Below the pieces are notes generated by a model. The model was not told where the DNA came from and did not search any database. It was given only the letters and a program-made list of their open reading frames with translations. From assembly GCF_030684315.1 (NCBI RefSeq), contig NC_081373.1:28745989-28809988 (forward strand): 64,000 nt of DNA. The letters are read 5' to 3'. This document shows positions 1-14,283 of the stretch, one piece after another (position 1 is the stretch's first letter; the number at the start of each line of letters is the position of its first letter). Made by a program: the position numbers and the translations under genes. Origin of the DNA: Stegostoma tigrinum. Lineage: Eukaryota.

Positions 1-760
1 ATATACCACCAGGGATTTCCTTGATCCCAGTTGCCTGTTCCTGAGCCATGTAGCCTTTTTTTCTAGTCAAAGCCTCAACATCTCTTGTCATCCAGGGTTC
101 CCTACTGTTGACAACCTTGCCTTTTACCCTCACAGAAATGTATAGACCTTGAACTGGAGTTATTATGCTTTTAAAGTTCTTCCACTTGCCAGAAGTCCCT
201 TTGCCTGCAAACAAACTATTGCAATCAACCACTGCAAGTTCTTGTCTAATTCCATCAAAATTTGCCTTGCCAAAATTTAGAACTTGAAACTGTGGACCAA
301 TTTTGTCCTTCCCAATAACTATTTTAAAATTAATAGAACAATGCTCACTGGTCCCAAAGTGCTCCCCCACTGTCACTTCAGTCACCTGCACTGCCCAATA
401 TCCGAAGAATAGGTTTTGCTCCTTCTTGAGTAGGACCCTCTATATACTACTTGAGGAAATTTTCCTGAACATGCTTAACAAATTTCACCCCACCTAAGCC
501 CTTAACTCAATGGCAGTCTCAGTCTATGTTAGAAAAATTAAAGTTCCCCACTATGACAGCCCTATTTCTCCTGCAAGTCTCTGCAATCTCCCTGCATATT
601 TGTTCCTCTAATTCCTGTTGACTATTTAGGGGCCTTTTAGTACAACTGCCAAAGTGTCACAATTCCCTTCTTATTTTTTAGTTCAACCACAAAGCCTCAT
701 TGGATGATCCATTAGTTATTTCACCTCTGACTACTGTTGTGATACACCCCTCAATCAGTA
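1..760 (-). mobile_element. Degenerate CR1-type LINE fragment (ORF2 AP-endonuclease region)
   Basis: The reverse strand of about 320-495 translates to GVKFVKHVQENFLK*YIEGPTQEGAK...QVTEVTVGEHFGTSEHCSINFKI. This matches the CR1 APE motif FL.QYV..PTR.GA.LDL...V.V.EH.G.SDH, with stops and frameshifts. Confidence 0.75.
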
Positions 761-1108
761 CTGCCCCTACTGTGATTTGGACAAATCTAAACATTAATAA
801 AGTTCTCAACCCCTGAACAGAGCATCGCCTATCTCTTCTTCTGAGGATGTTTGGCCTGGCAAAGGAGACCCCAGGCAAGAGAAAAATCCTTCCTCCTTTA
901 ACCCTGTAGAGCCTGGTGATAATTCTCTGATAATCTATGTTTTCTGCAATGTCATGCTTCTAGTTCTTACTTTGACAGGCAAGATCTCTGACCTGGAAAT
1001 CAGTCTTGTGAGTCTTGACTGAAAACCTTAAATGAAAGCCCTTTGTTTTGCTGAAATTTGAGAACAACTTTAAGCACACACATTGCTGATGATGTTAGAC
1101 AATGAGAG

Positions 1109-1998
1109 ATCTCCTAGTTTGGCTGGCATCCCTCCTTGCCATGAATGCCTACTGGCATGACCCTGTCTCCATAAGATGAAGGGGCACCTGATATTAGGTA
1201 GTGGTGCCTCATTCCTCTCTTGTTTAATCACTGATGGGTGTGCAGGAGTGCAGGTGCCACTGCATGGTTGGTAGTCACTGAGTGTGCTATTAGAGCTTTG
1301 TGTCAAAAATGGTTGCCACCCTCTCCATTGAGACAGACAAATGGAACATCAGCATCACCTTCTGATGGGGAAGGTACTCCACCCCTTTCAGTTTAGCCAA
1401 TCTTGTCATCGCCAGGTGGTGTAATGAGCTTACAACATGCACACAAATATATATTTAGAGAAGTGCAGGCCAGATACATGTAATGGATTTCTGTACTAGC
1501 CATGGACCCTCAAATCATCATTCTATGCCAATCAATATGTCAAGGTGTTGCCTGACATCTCCAGTGAGGTGGAGGCAGCCTGCCCAGTTATATGCTGGGT
1601 AGACTGTGATGTGTTTGACAGTCGGTCTTTGGTTGCTCAAAGCCCTAACGGTCCTGGCCTGTTCAGGGTCTCTCTCCTGGTGCAGATGCATTCTCCTCGG
1701 CCTAATTAACTAAAGGTAATGAGGTCATTGGAAAAGGGAAAATAGAGATGCAGGGAGCATCCTGAGGTGAATCTCCTAGTTTGGCTGGCATCCCTCCTTG
1801 CCATGAATGCCTACTGGCATGACCCTGTCTCCATAAGATGAAGGGGCACCTGATATTAGGTAGTGGTACCTCATTCCTCTCTTGTTTAATCACTGATGGG
1901 TGTGCAGGAGTGCAGGTGCCACTGCATGGTTGGTAGTCACTGAGTGTGCTATTAGACCTTTGTGTCAAAAATGGTTGCCACCCTCTCCATTGAGACAG
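1109..1998. repeat. 228-bp near-identical direct repeat (1109-1336 and 1771-1998, 434-bp spacer)
   Basis: Both copies run ATCTCCTAGTTTGGCTGG...CTCTCCATTGAGACAG. Only 2 substitutions were seen by eye, and the ORF track shows the same peptide twice. Confidence 0.95.
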
Positions 1999-3050
1999 TG
2001 AAATGCTCACATGCTCAACCCATGACAGTAAACAGAACTTGGATGGACTCCGCAATCATTTGCACTCATCCACTGAGGATGTCGGACACCACTGCCTGAT
2101 GTTCCTCTGTCAGTTTGCATGTTCAGCAAACCACTTGTGGTTGAGTACAGAAGCATAGGCAGTACAGGCTGAAATCCATTCTAGGTTTGTACCAAATTAC
2201 ATTTATACATTGCTCCTGCAGGTTGAGAATTCATTTCTGGCAATTCACTCCTCTTACAGACATTACTCTGCAATTGCCTTTTTCTTATTTATCTTTTGTA
2301 AATACTTTTTTAATTGTCAGTATTTTAAAGGAAACAGATTTAGTTTTCTTTAAATTAGTCCACAGATGTGGTTGATGCTCACATATATAACTCAGGCTCA
2401 GCTTCAATAGTCCTTAGGCAATTGTTATAATGAAAGTTTGGTTTAAAAATATAAGAGTTCATTAGAAGAGTATTCTGCTGTCCTTACCCAATTACAATAA
2501 TGTCTCTTTTAAAACACAGCACTGAATTTCACTTCAAAATTAAATATTAATTCAGACTAGTGCATCTGTAAGTATATCTTGGTATGTTTTTATAATCCTT
2601 CCTTTCTCGATGATGATCTGTTCATACAGTACAAAGGCCATTAAACATATGCCTTTCTATTGAAAACATAATGATTTTTACATTCAAAAATTAAAAGTTA
2701 CAGTACACCTGCATTAATAATCAAAGAAGCTGCAATGAAATAGGTAATGACTCTAATCTTTTCTATATTTTCCATTGATATCAATTTGTCATCAATTTCC
2801 TCCACTTGTTTTGGATGCTCGCATACCATAAGGTCTCACAGAGAGATTTTTGTTTCTCCGCAATGCTCTTGAATCTGAGTCTCCTGAGATGACTCCACAC
2901 TGAAATAGGCATTCGTTTTCCACACTTGTCATTACACCATGAACATTTTTTGTCGTGTAACTCTTCCTAATTCCAATTTATCACAGACCTTTCCTTTTGT
3001 TCTTCTTCCCTATCTTCACTCGTTAATTAAAACCATCTCTAACTTTTCCG

Positions 3051-3136
3051 AGTTCTGATGAAAGGTCACGCACCTGAAATGGTAACTGTTTCTTTCTCCA
3101 CAGACGCTGCCAAGCCTGCTGAGCCCTTCCAGTATT
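3051..3136 (+). mobile_element. Short PLE-derived repeat with minimal hammerhead motif (degenerate stem III)
   Basis: AGTT-CTGATGA-A-AGGT(CACGC)ACCT-GAAA-TGGT-AACT has stem I AGTT/AACT and stem II AGGT/ACCT. It is followed by the tail CTCCACAGACGCTGCC..CCTGCTGAG shared with other copies. Confidence 0.7.
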
Positions 3137-3358
3137 AGAACTTAGAACTTAGACTCCATATAGTGTAGAAGCAGGCCCTTCAGCCCAACTAGTCCACACT
3201 GACTCTCACAGCATTCCACCCAGACCCGGAAGAATAACCACTGGCTCTTTGGGTGAGGAGGTGACCTCATTGCACAACCATCATTGTTACCTTTGGGGAG
3301 AGAAGAACTGAAAACTAAATTCTCGGATGAAGTTATCAGAAATTTACACCAGCATCTT

Positions 3359-3383
3359 TGTGTGTGTGTGTGTGTGCGTGTGT
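3359..3383. repeat. (TG)n microsatellite
   Basis: TG run with one CG interruption, read directly. Confidence 0.95.
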
Positions 3384-3922
3384 CAGTTTCATTTTTCTTT
3401 TGGTTAAACAATGGTCACTGATATATTCACTTGGCAAACATCTGGAAGGAGTTACTGAGTGGACAGCGTGAATAAATTGATTTAGTGTCAATGGATAATC
3501 ATGAACCCAGCAGGGCCTCAGTGTCCGCTGTTCGTATTCACTTATCTTGCTCACCATTTTATGGCTCGAACCCATCCATCAGCCAGTTTCTCGCCACCAA
3601 AATTCAGCAAAATAAAAGCACCATTAAAGGCAGCAATAAACGAACAGGAAATGACAATTCTGAGCGACAGCTCGATCGAGGAGACAATAACCGTGACATC
3701 TCATAGGGCATGTTTGAAACATAGGAAATAGGAAGAGGAGTAGGCCATTTGGCTCTTCATCATACCGTATACAGTCAAGAGAAATTTGGCGCATTAGACT
3801 AAATACGGATGACAGTGCTGGCACTTGAAGTTCCCCAAATTGTTTTTTTTTGTAATTTGTACTCATTTCATGCATAAGATAAAATCAACTAACTAAGATG
3901 CAACCTGATGCAGGGAATTGTA

Positions 3923-3936
3923 GCGCCATCAACTGG
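3923..3936 (-). promoter_or_regulatory. Candidate CTCF site
   Basis: The minus strand reads CCAGTTGATGGCGC, one mismatch from the CCASYAGRKGGCRS core. It lies at the left edge of the CpG-retaining domain. Confidence 0.35.
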
Positions 3937-5620
3937 TGTCGGTGCGCGGTGTATATCTTTTCAGAAGTGTTGAGGAACCCAGGGCTGTTCTCGTCTTTTC
4001 GCTGCGAATTCTAAAAACAGAAATCACTTTTCTTCCCTACTCTGGCAGTCTAGTGTTTGGTGGAATTCAGGTTCACAGACACTGATGAAGTTTCGAATGG
4101 ATTGTGGGCATTTGTTGAGGGCGGTGAACTAATTGATTAGAATGTGGGCGAATTTAATTGAAAGAAACATGTTGACCGATTGTTGCCGTGTTGTTTCTTT
4201 TCTCTACGCCCTGTGCCTTGAAGAATTCGAGGCAAAATAGACTACAAGAATACCAATTTCCATAATTGTCAGAATAATGTTGACACAGGCTTCATTCAGC
4301 AGTAGGAACTGTGCTTATCATTTCGATAATGCTGGATAATTACTCAGTTTGGCAATGAAGATTTCTGAGAAAGGAGTAAGATCAGGGGCCACGGGTAAAA
4401 TGTTTTACTGTCATTTCTCGGCTTAATAAACAGACGCAGGGTTAAAAAGTAAAGATAACAGCGATGCTTTTTTTAAGCCACGCCGGTTACAGCCTTTTCT
4501 CCCCCAACACTTAATGTGAGACAACGAACAAATACTTATTATTGATTTTAATATTAAACAGGCAAATTTCAAAAAGTAATAACGCGCTGCCTGTGCTTAG
4601 CATTTAAATATGAATAGCTGAAGAGAATCTGCAGTTCTATAATTAAATTGAGTAAATGTTCTATTTAACTTTAGTTAAATATTTTATCCTTTTTTAAATT
4701 ATGCGCTTTATGCCATAAATCATATGCATCTGTGTTGTATGAATTCATCTGGACCTCCTAATTTCAATGGAACATGTCTGGACTAAAACAACATTGAGGT
4801 CTTTTTGCCCAGGATTGTACTTAATTGGAGCCAGCCCTTATAATATTGAATGGAAATCCGCAGTTTCTAGCAACTAACGAAATTCTGTTAACGTTATGCA
4901 TTAGAGAGGACGGTTTTGCATTGCTCCCCACCACAATAATGATTTCAGAGTCACACGCACTTACTCAGCCAGCTCTATACTGCACGTTTTTGGACATCTG
5001 AATTTATGCTGTAAAGTCGGGTTCATACACTTGCAGTTTTAATAGAATCCGAAATTCACTGCTTTCCAAGTGGTATTTTTCCCCCTCGAAATCCTTTTAA
5101 AGATTAATCAATAAGGGTCCTTGGCATCAGGTCAATGGGCACAGGAATAACATTTTGATTTACAGAATTGGGGCCTGGCGGGGTCCGGTTAGATTTCTGA
5201 TTAAGAGAAAGCTAGCAAGTAAGATATTAATAGCTTGTATTAAATGTTTGGTGATACCCTGCGTAACTGTTGCCTTTGTTTTAGGCAAACACATCGGATA
5301 GATCGAGCGGTAGATGCACATGCTGTTGTATATAGAAACACTGCATTACTCTATTTTAGTCAATGTCTTCCTTGAACATTTTCGTAACATGCCTTTCCTC
5401 GCCTTGTTAATCAGGAACATGCACTTCAAGAACTTTTTAAAAAAAACGAACGTCAATCGGTCAAACTATCGTGTCCAAGTGTAACCGCAGAGGGAGAAAA
5501 ATAACAGTCCCAATATGAAATGTTGGTTCGCTTCTGGGCTGATTCTACTGCAAATCGAGCCTGAAATCAAACGCACTAACATTGTTGGTGCAAAAAATGT
5601 GGCAATCATTATCACAATGT

Positions 5621-5716
5621 CTGAGGAAAGATCACTGGAACTGAAAGGTTAACTCTGCTTTCTCTGCCAGACGCTGCCAGACCTGCAGAGTTTCTCTGGC
5701 AATTTCTGTTTTTGTC
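5621..5716 (+). mobile_element. Short PLE-derived repeat, degenerate hammerhead motif
   Basis: CTGAGGA-A-AG..CT-GAAA-GGTT-AACT, then ...CAGACGCTGCCAGACCTGCAGAG, homologous to the copies at 3051 and 51438. Confidence 0.6.
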
Positions 5717-8700
5717 ACAACGCCTGCGTCCGTTTACTGCCATATTGAGTGGAGCGATCTGTTGGGGTCCCAACACTGAATGAATAACTCACGCTATCTC
5801 TGTAACTAAATCTGAATTATATTCTCTCCGGCCTAAACCAGGTCTTAACAATGAACGACGACTCCAATATTAGATGCCAATGAGCCACTGAACGTTCGTT
5901 TGGATAAATTATTTAGAACAGAGGTGAAGTTAGCATTTTCTCTGTTACGCATTCCCCAACCTTATCATGATTCAGAGCTTTCACTTGGAGCATTCATCAT
6001 GACCGAGCGCGATAATACAATAATATTTAATTATTCACACAACCTCGAAATTGTTTTGATCGGACATTGCCTTTTTGCCAATGAAGGAATTATGGCATTG
6101 ATACTGATGGCATTCCTGAAGTGCTCTAATTATAGTGATGAATATTGCAGCACGGAATTATTCGCATTTAACTTTGCATTTGCCGACACGTTATTGTTAC
6201 TGTCTATGTCATTCCAGTTCTGCCTTTTCTTCCAAGACTCTGATCTACTTTGGCGTTCGGGTGTTTTTTTTAATGTTTAACTTACCAGGCAATCCAGAAG
6301 AAATTAATGTTTGTGTTACTGATGTTTTCATGCAACACTGTGCAAAGGATTTAACAACAATACAATGTTTAAAATGTTAAATAGCCTGGGTAAAGTACTG
6401 GAACTCCACCGTCACAATTATCGAAGAACGACGATTGGTTTGGCAATATATTGTTGTGCTCCTGATATCAGCCTGATCTGCACAGTAAATATTCAATTTG
6501 GTAATGTTCAGACCTCGAGACTAAATCATAATAACTTCTACATTTTAATACAATGTGTAAGACAGAAAATCAAATGGCGTACACAATTTAAACCCAGCTG
6601 CTGATGCGTCTAGCAGCTGAGTAAATGTAGGATGGAACCAGTTTGTACCAAATCAGAGACAACTATAAATGCCTACGGCTCACATTGGATTGCTGTGTAC
6701 TTCTAACCGTCTGTTTTTGCCTCAGGTCTGCAATGCTTACTCCCTATTTCTGACACCAAGTCTAGTTTGAGTTCTAACAACCTATTCAAGCAATCATAAA
6801 AAGGGCGAGTAAACCAAGGATTTCCCTCTCTCTCTCTCTCTCTCTCCACTGGGTTCTTAATCTGGACATGTGTAAACAAACAATTCTGCGTATTTACAAA
6901 TATGTTTGCTTACAACGTTTCTTTTTAAAAGCCTTCTGAACAAATTAGGCCTTCATTGATCACCCCGACACGCCCCAAGCCCCCCGCCACCACCACACGT
7001 ACACATATACACCCCAAAATCAAACCAGTTGATTTGAAATGCATCTAAAATTATATTTCTTTCGCGGATTGTTGATCGATTCATTCACGTTTAAATTTGT
7101 GTCAGCTTTTTATGGGGTCCCTTCTAGCTTTCATGCCCATTATGTTGAAAGCAGCTAAAGGGTGCTGAACATAAAATTTTGAAGTGCCTTCTTTTTTTTG
7201 TAAGTAATTTCCTGACACTGCGTAAAAACAATCCGAAGTAGCTAACATTTCATCAGAGGAATTATAAAGAAAGGTTTCTGATTTCACTCCCTCTTTTCTT
7301 CCTGAGCGTTTGTAATGACTCTCAAGTTTAAAAATACAGGTCTCATTTTCGTTCATTGTTACTATTGAGCTGGAAAAGGATTCCAATTTCCATCGGGATC
7401 GCTTTGAATCAATATCGTCAGTTCACATATATGTTGTCAAGAATCTATTAGAATCATGTGCTCCATGTAAATCAGCCCCGAATTCAGTGATTACCGGCTC
7501 GTCTCGAGTCTTGGAATTAACCCGAACGTTACATTAAGAACTAGATTTATGTAAGGAAAACAAGTCCAATACAAGCAACGATCCCTAGGAAATGGCAAAT
7601 CCAGCACCTTTCAGTTTCATAAACACTGCTTTCTCAGATTTTCACAAACTTTGCTTTTGGTTTTCAGATACGATTCTGAAAGTCTTCTTTCGGCTAATGC
7701 CAGACATGCTTTTATTCTTATAGCTCCCAACTCCAACAAAACTGAAAGAATGTACACCAGGTTTTGCTGTTCCAAATAGAATAGCAAAATACGTGTGGTT
7801 GACCTGCAAAGTACTGGTGATAAGGATCATATTTATCAACAGGGGGTGCTGTACAAAAAACGTTCAGCACACAACCCCTGTGTTAATTGTGAATCACTCA
7901 AGCCCTCCATCTGTCGTATTTCTTCGCCAAAAGTGACGGGAACTTGTTCCTGAACACAACCTTCGTGAATGGCTTCATCAACCAGATGAGGAAAGTTAAG
8001 GGTTTAACATTCATGACATAACTTTAAACTCCGAGAATTAATGGTGTATTTCCCCACTAAACTGCTCTGTTTCCTGCCACAAGAAGTAACTTATCCCCTA
8101 GTCATGAAAGAACGTATGCCAAACGGCAGAGTTTCGCCGAGATAACCCTGCTCACACGACACCGACGAAAAATAGAATTCCGAAGTGTGGTTTCAAACTC
8201 TCACTGCTCTTTCTGCAGCAGACAAAAGGTTAATTGCCTTTGGCTTCCTTCTGTTTTTGTCTAGTGACATGATTGTCATCTTTTAAAGAAGAAACTGAAA
8301 AACAAGAGGGAAAAAAGAATCATTCTCTAAAACGATATAAGCCTTCCACATTCAGGGACAACACCTAAGTATCAAGCAGCTCGTTTATCTCTTGTTTCAA
8401 GACTTCATATTACAAAGGAGCTCCCTGATGATAAGTATCTGCTGTCAGAGAGATTGACTGCCCTGATGGACATGTTCGCGGTTTCTGATGTCTTCTCCTC
8501 AGGGGTTGTTTTAAGACCTCTAAAGGTGTACCTCTCTGATCTGTCTTCTCATAACCTGAAGGGAAATGATTAGCAGCAAAAAAGATCAGTGTGTAACACA
8601 ATAGAGGGACGAAGATGATCTCCAAGCAGCATCAGAGAGAACAATGCATTCCTTTAGTGAAAGTCATGTAATTAATAAGCTGGCCGTGTGAAAAGAAACA

Positions 8701-11700
8701 CATCGTCCAAATTAGATGTCCAATAGTTTGTTCTAACCACTGATTGCCGCATTCAAAACGAAGCTGAATCAAAGTCTGTTAATGATGCTTTTAAGCATGA
8801 CTGTCTAATTTATGGATTGAGTACTGCTGCAATATTTGTATCATATTTAATAATAAATATCCAGTTCATTCACTTGAATGATGTTCACGATTTTATACCC
8901 AAGCCCCAAACGTTTAGCCGAGTTCTAGAAAAGTCACTGTAAATTTTGTCTAACTTTTTGGTTTGCAGTACACTGATGATTGCAGAATTCTGGTCTATAC
9001 GTGAATTTATTGTGGCTTCGTCGACAACACTTATGAACCTTATTTTCAAATAGAAGACTTTGGTGTAATTTGGGAATCTCTGTATTATCCTTATATTTGA
9101 ATAGTGCTTTGCTAAATGAGGAAGGGAACGAATTCATCTAAGTAATATGTGGTGGAAGAAAAGTACAGAGACTTCATCAATTGAATCATTAAAATATATT
9201 CAGGAGTCCGGGTGATTCAAAGTATCATAAATGAACATTTACCTGTCTCGTGAGAGCAGCCTTTTATCTCAATCACCAGTCTTTCATAATATATGCATGT
9301 ATCTTCCAAGGTACTACTTACATTGCTGTTAATCTGTTTACCACTGCCAAACTGACAAAGAGAAGCATAATGTTGTATTTATGGCCTTTGAAAGCGTAAA
9401 ACAGCTATTATATACTCTACTTGAGCCATCTGATATCACAGCACTGTTCCAAACATCTGATAAGATAATTCACTAATAAGATATTTAAAGTATTAAAGAC
9501 ATGATGAACGATGAGGACATGGAATCTAAGAAAGCGAGGACTAGATAGTGCAGGTGAATATGATAAGAATAAGATTTTTAAAAATCTTTAGCATCTCAAA
9601 TGTATTAAAGTTGCTGGACCATTTGCATTAAAACTTTAAACTAGACTCGCTTGTTGGTCTGCAAAAACTGTAAATTGTTATAGAAATTATGGCATTCGTT
9701 ACACATAAGGGCATTCCGATTTTAGTTTCATTATCACTGGTTATTTCACATAATTGTATCAATTAGCCTGACCCTATCACACATTGATTGTTGTTAATGT
9801 AATTAATGGTGTTGCATCCTATCTACTTCCTATCAACATGAAAATTAATTCAACTATAATATAAAGAGACGATAGAAAAGTTCCCAAAGGATAACAAAGG
9901 CTAAATGTGTTACTTGGCTGATTCTAAGGAAAATCTGCGCAAGTCACCTGCATGTGCCTACACAAACTGAGATTCATGTTTTGATGTCAAACCTTTCTGG
10001 GAGTGGTGCTAGTGGCCGAATTTTGAATGAGGAACTGCGGTGTTCAAAAGTTATAATCGACTAATTCTATTTCTAATCTAGGAAGGCATCGATCAGAAGA
10101 AACTCCAAACGTATTCACATTTCATTTAAAAGTCCTACTTCGAACATTATTTGGATCATTCTTCCACAACTTCATCCATTGCATGATCCTTTTGAAGGCG
10201 CCTATTTTAGATTTGTCTGAAAGAGACAATATACATTGCTTTCCATTTGAGTAACCTATGGATATTACACATATGTATACGATCATTCAGCAGGTACCTT
10301 TAAACAACCAACTGGTTTGCCACCCATCTTGCAGCAACACCCCCCCCCCCCCCGCCGCATAGAATCTTCCAAACAATCGCGTTCAGTCTGCTTGACTATA
10401 TTTCAGTTCTCAGGCAAATATGCAATATTGTAGAACAAAGGAGCTTTATAGCGTTGGCGTAATGAGGTTCGAACTTTAGAAGTAAGTCCTGTCCTTTTTA
10501 CAATGACTATAAACACAACAGTCCGTCTGTGCGTGCAGGTGATTCTCTCTTTGAAAGACAAATTAATTGTAAATGCAAATCATGAATTATGCTGCAGCCC
10601 GTGGGGTATTGCATTGTAGTTGTAATTATCTTTGCAGCAGCTACCTTTACTGCCCTGTATAATCGTTAACATGTATTTTGATATATAAAGTGGTGCACCC
10701 ATGATTCATTTTCCCAACAGATTTGAGTAAATGTTTTCTGGGTATCATGGCGTGTAGTATTGCTTAATTTGCGTCTATCAGAATGGACAATGATATAATT
10801 GTAACAGGTGTTGAAAGATAAAACGTTGTCGAATTGTAGATGCCACTAACTAAATGCAAGAGTCAACGGCAAATACCTGGTACACTAGTCTGGCCGTTTG
10901 CAGTAAGATACAGCCTAGTAATCTGTGGAATGGCACTAAGGTATGCACATTATCACTCAACCAAATGAAACGAAATGTAATATTGAGTAAACAGCAAAGG
11001 CTGTAGGTTGCAAATTATATGCGGAGAATGATGATGGGTATTTCAATTTCGACACTCACCCATCCCAATGTGTTGGCATGTTCGTCAGTGCTATAAATTA
11101 TCTGAATTATAGATAAAAGCTGGGCTGTAGCAATCATTTTCTATTATATACTCTCGGGCCAAACTGCAAATTGACGACATGTATCTGCTTACAGTTCTGG
11201 AACATTATGTAAATATGTAAGAATACAAACAGTGCTGTATTCACGGTTAACGTAAAGGAAACGCATGTGTAATATGAAAATGTAGATAAACTAAATGAAA
11301 TCCTTAATTAAAGCTTTCAAAGCAAATACAATCGAATTCCCATACAAAACCCTGTTATGTCGTTAGCCAAACCGAGTTGGCGCGCTGTGTAGAATGAAAG
11401 GTCTGTCGTGAGATTTGCAGCTGTATAAATTAGAATAATAATAATCAAAACAGGCAGTCCTCAGTTGACATTCACCAAAACTAAATGTTATATCTAAGTG
11501 GTAGCTCAATATAAAATTGTTCCCGTTTACTGACAGGATATGTCACCTTCTTCAACTCTTCTACTAAATTAACGTTGTAACGTTTTGTTTTGTTTCCATT
11601 GGGTTATAAGCTTTGCCAGAAATAATGCTTGAAAAAATATTACAATCCTTTCTGCTTGTATTTTAGGAAGTAAATGTGCGCAAGCAAGTCGAGATATTTG

Positions 11701-12309
11701 TGTGGGGGGTGGAGGGGGGCTGGCGAAGTGGAGGTTAAAGCCAGGCAAACAGTGGAAATGGTTTGTCTCTATTAAATGAACTCATGAGAAATACAATATA
11801 ACATTAAAATGACATATGCGAAATTCAGCTTCAATCTGAGGTCACAGCATATCCGTTCTACTTATAAATCTTCATATACAAATTGGGCTTGCTTCCATAA
11901 TAAAATTATTGCTATTTCTTGCAGTGCTACACTTCATAAAATCGCGTTTTAATGTGCCATATATCCCTGGCATATAACACTTTATCACGAAAACCTCACA
12001 AACTGAACGTCTCTTTTCAAAACCGCATGGAATACTGCCTACACCTCTTTGCGAATCTGGCCGCTTCGTAGGCGCAGTAGCTTTATTTTGTGTTATTACA
12101 CCATCCAGCCAAGATAGAAACTAGCCTTTAAATGAGTACAAAGCCTGGAAAGTAACCAATTTATAGAAACCAGGTTGTTTTGTTTTCTCATTGTAAAATG
12201 CGCTGCCTCAATGGGCACAAACCAAGGCTTGAGGCGCTCAAAGTGACAGAGGAGGAAAAGCCTGGGCACTTTAAACAAATTTCCCCTCCAGATGGAAATG
12301 AAGCAGCGT

Positions 12310-12440
12310 TTTGTGCCAATGGACAGGAGTAAGTCATTTGCCTACTGCTCGTCTAGTGGTGGTTTACAGGACGAGTTTCTTTTGTGGTATTAGTCTCGTC
12401 CTCATTTGCTGCCTAATTGGACTATATAAAGCCAATAACA
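12310..12440 (+). promoter_or_regulatory. HMX3 core promoter candidate (CCAAT boxes + TATA)
   Basis: TATATAAA at 12423-12430 is flanked by ATTGG (12416-12420) and CCAAT (12432-12436). A further CCAAT lies near 12316, and the TATA is about 360 bp upstream of the ATG. Confidence 0.5.
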
Positions 12441-12787
12441 GGCGAGCTCTTATAGCCTTAAGCGAAGCGCAAAGTATAGGGAGGTGGACTCATTACATGC
12501 CATTCTTTTTTTTCCTTCGATAATCCTATTTGCCATTGTGCGTGCCCAATCGCCGTATACTTTCTGCATTTAACTTGTATGACATTTTTATTTCATCATT
12601 ATCATCTGGCGCCAGATTGAGGCTGAATGCCTCCGACTCTGTTGCAAATTGGTGTGGAGTTCCACTGTCCCCACATGCAAAAGTTTGGTGCGTTTTTCTG
12701 AACTCCCGGGATTCTGAACAACGCAGTCCGCTTTCTTGCCCGAGCCTCCGCACGGTGCCTGCAGTGACTGCTCGGAGTCAAACAGCC

Positions 12788-13082
12788 ATGCCCGAGACAG
12801 CAGCGCAGGAGAATCCCATCCAGCCTAAAGAGTCCTCCTTCTCCATCAAAAACCTGCTGAACTGTGATCGAAAGCCGTCGAAGCCCAAGACTTTGCTGTC
12901 GGCAGTGAAAGGGGTGGTCGAGGGCACGACTTTCTCCTTACCTCACTGCAGGGAGCCCGGCTTCCCCAGGTTTGAACTCCCAGCGCAGAGATTTGCTTTG
13001 CCGGCGCACTATCTGGAGAGGTCCCCCGCCTGGTGGTACCCCTGCACACTCACATCAGGGGTGCATCTCCCGCGGACGGAAG
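12788..13082 (+). CDS. HMX3: Homeobox protein HMX3 (Nkx5-1), coding exon 1
   Basis: GCC-ATG start gives [24 protein letters not shown] (eh1/TN motif)...[17 protein letters not shown]...PRTE. It ends at a phase-1 donor G|GTAAGT. Confidence 0.95.
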
Positions 13083-13156
13083 GTAAGTGATCTTTAAGCA
13101 CGGTCTTCTTTCTGATTGTCCTGTCTTCTTATAGCTGTGGCCTGCAGCATGTCTAA

Positions 13157-13786
<630 letters not shown>

Positions 13787-14283
13787 TTTTATTTTAATAT
13801 TTAACTTGTTATTACTTTTTTGTAAGATTAGACATTGTAGTTTTGAAGCAACGAATCACAAGAAGACCAGATATAAATGTCTACATTGCTAACATCGTTT
13901 AACTTCAGCTGTACCCCTTTAAAGGCCAGTCTGAATTTATCAATTACTCTCATTTTATTTGACCAATTCTTTTTTGTAAGATCAAGCCATGTAGTTTTGA
14001 GAGGATCTGCTGTAAATGTCTTTTTGTAAGTACTTAAAAGGAGTGGTGAAAATGTTGTTCCTTATTATGGTTTCACGTATCTGTGCAATATTGTACTATA
14101 GAAGTTAAAGCACTGTTTTGGAGTTTACGGAAAAATCATTGCAAGTTGAAACCCAATTTATATTGGTCTAAACTGGAATAACGTGTGACGAGTAGCGATT
14201 CTGAACGCTATCAAATTTGTAATGTTCAAGGCGCTTTAACTGAAGGACAATCAAAAAATATTTAAGGTTCTTTTTATTTATTT

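Noticed and set aside
1070-2055. Paralogous-looking ORFs 1070-1306 and 1702-2055
   Set aside because: They are just the 228-bp duplication translated, with no recognisable domain.
5900-6280. 126-aa hydrophobic ORF
   Set aside because: It has a non-ATG start, no recognisable homology or splice context, and AT-rich composition explains the hydrophobicity.
7838-7884. Imperfect hairpin ACAGGGGGTGCTG...CAGCACACAACCCCTGT
   Set aside because: It is too short and bulged for a pre-miRNA or MITE call and is plausible by chance.
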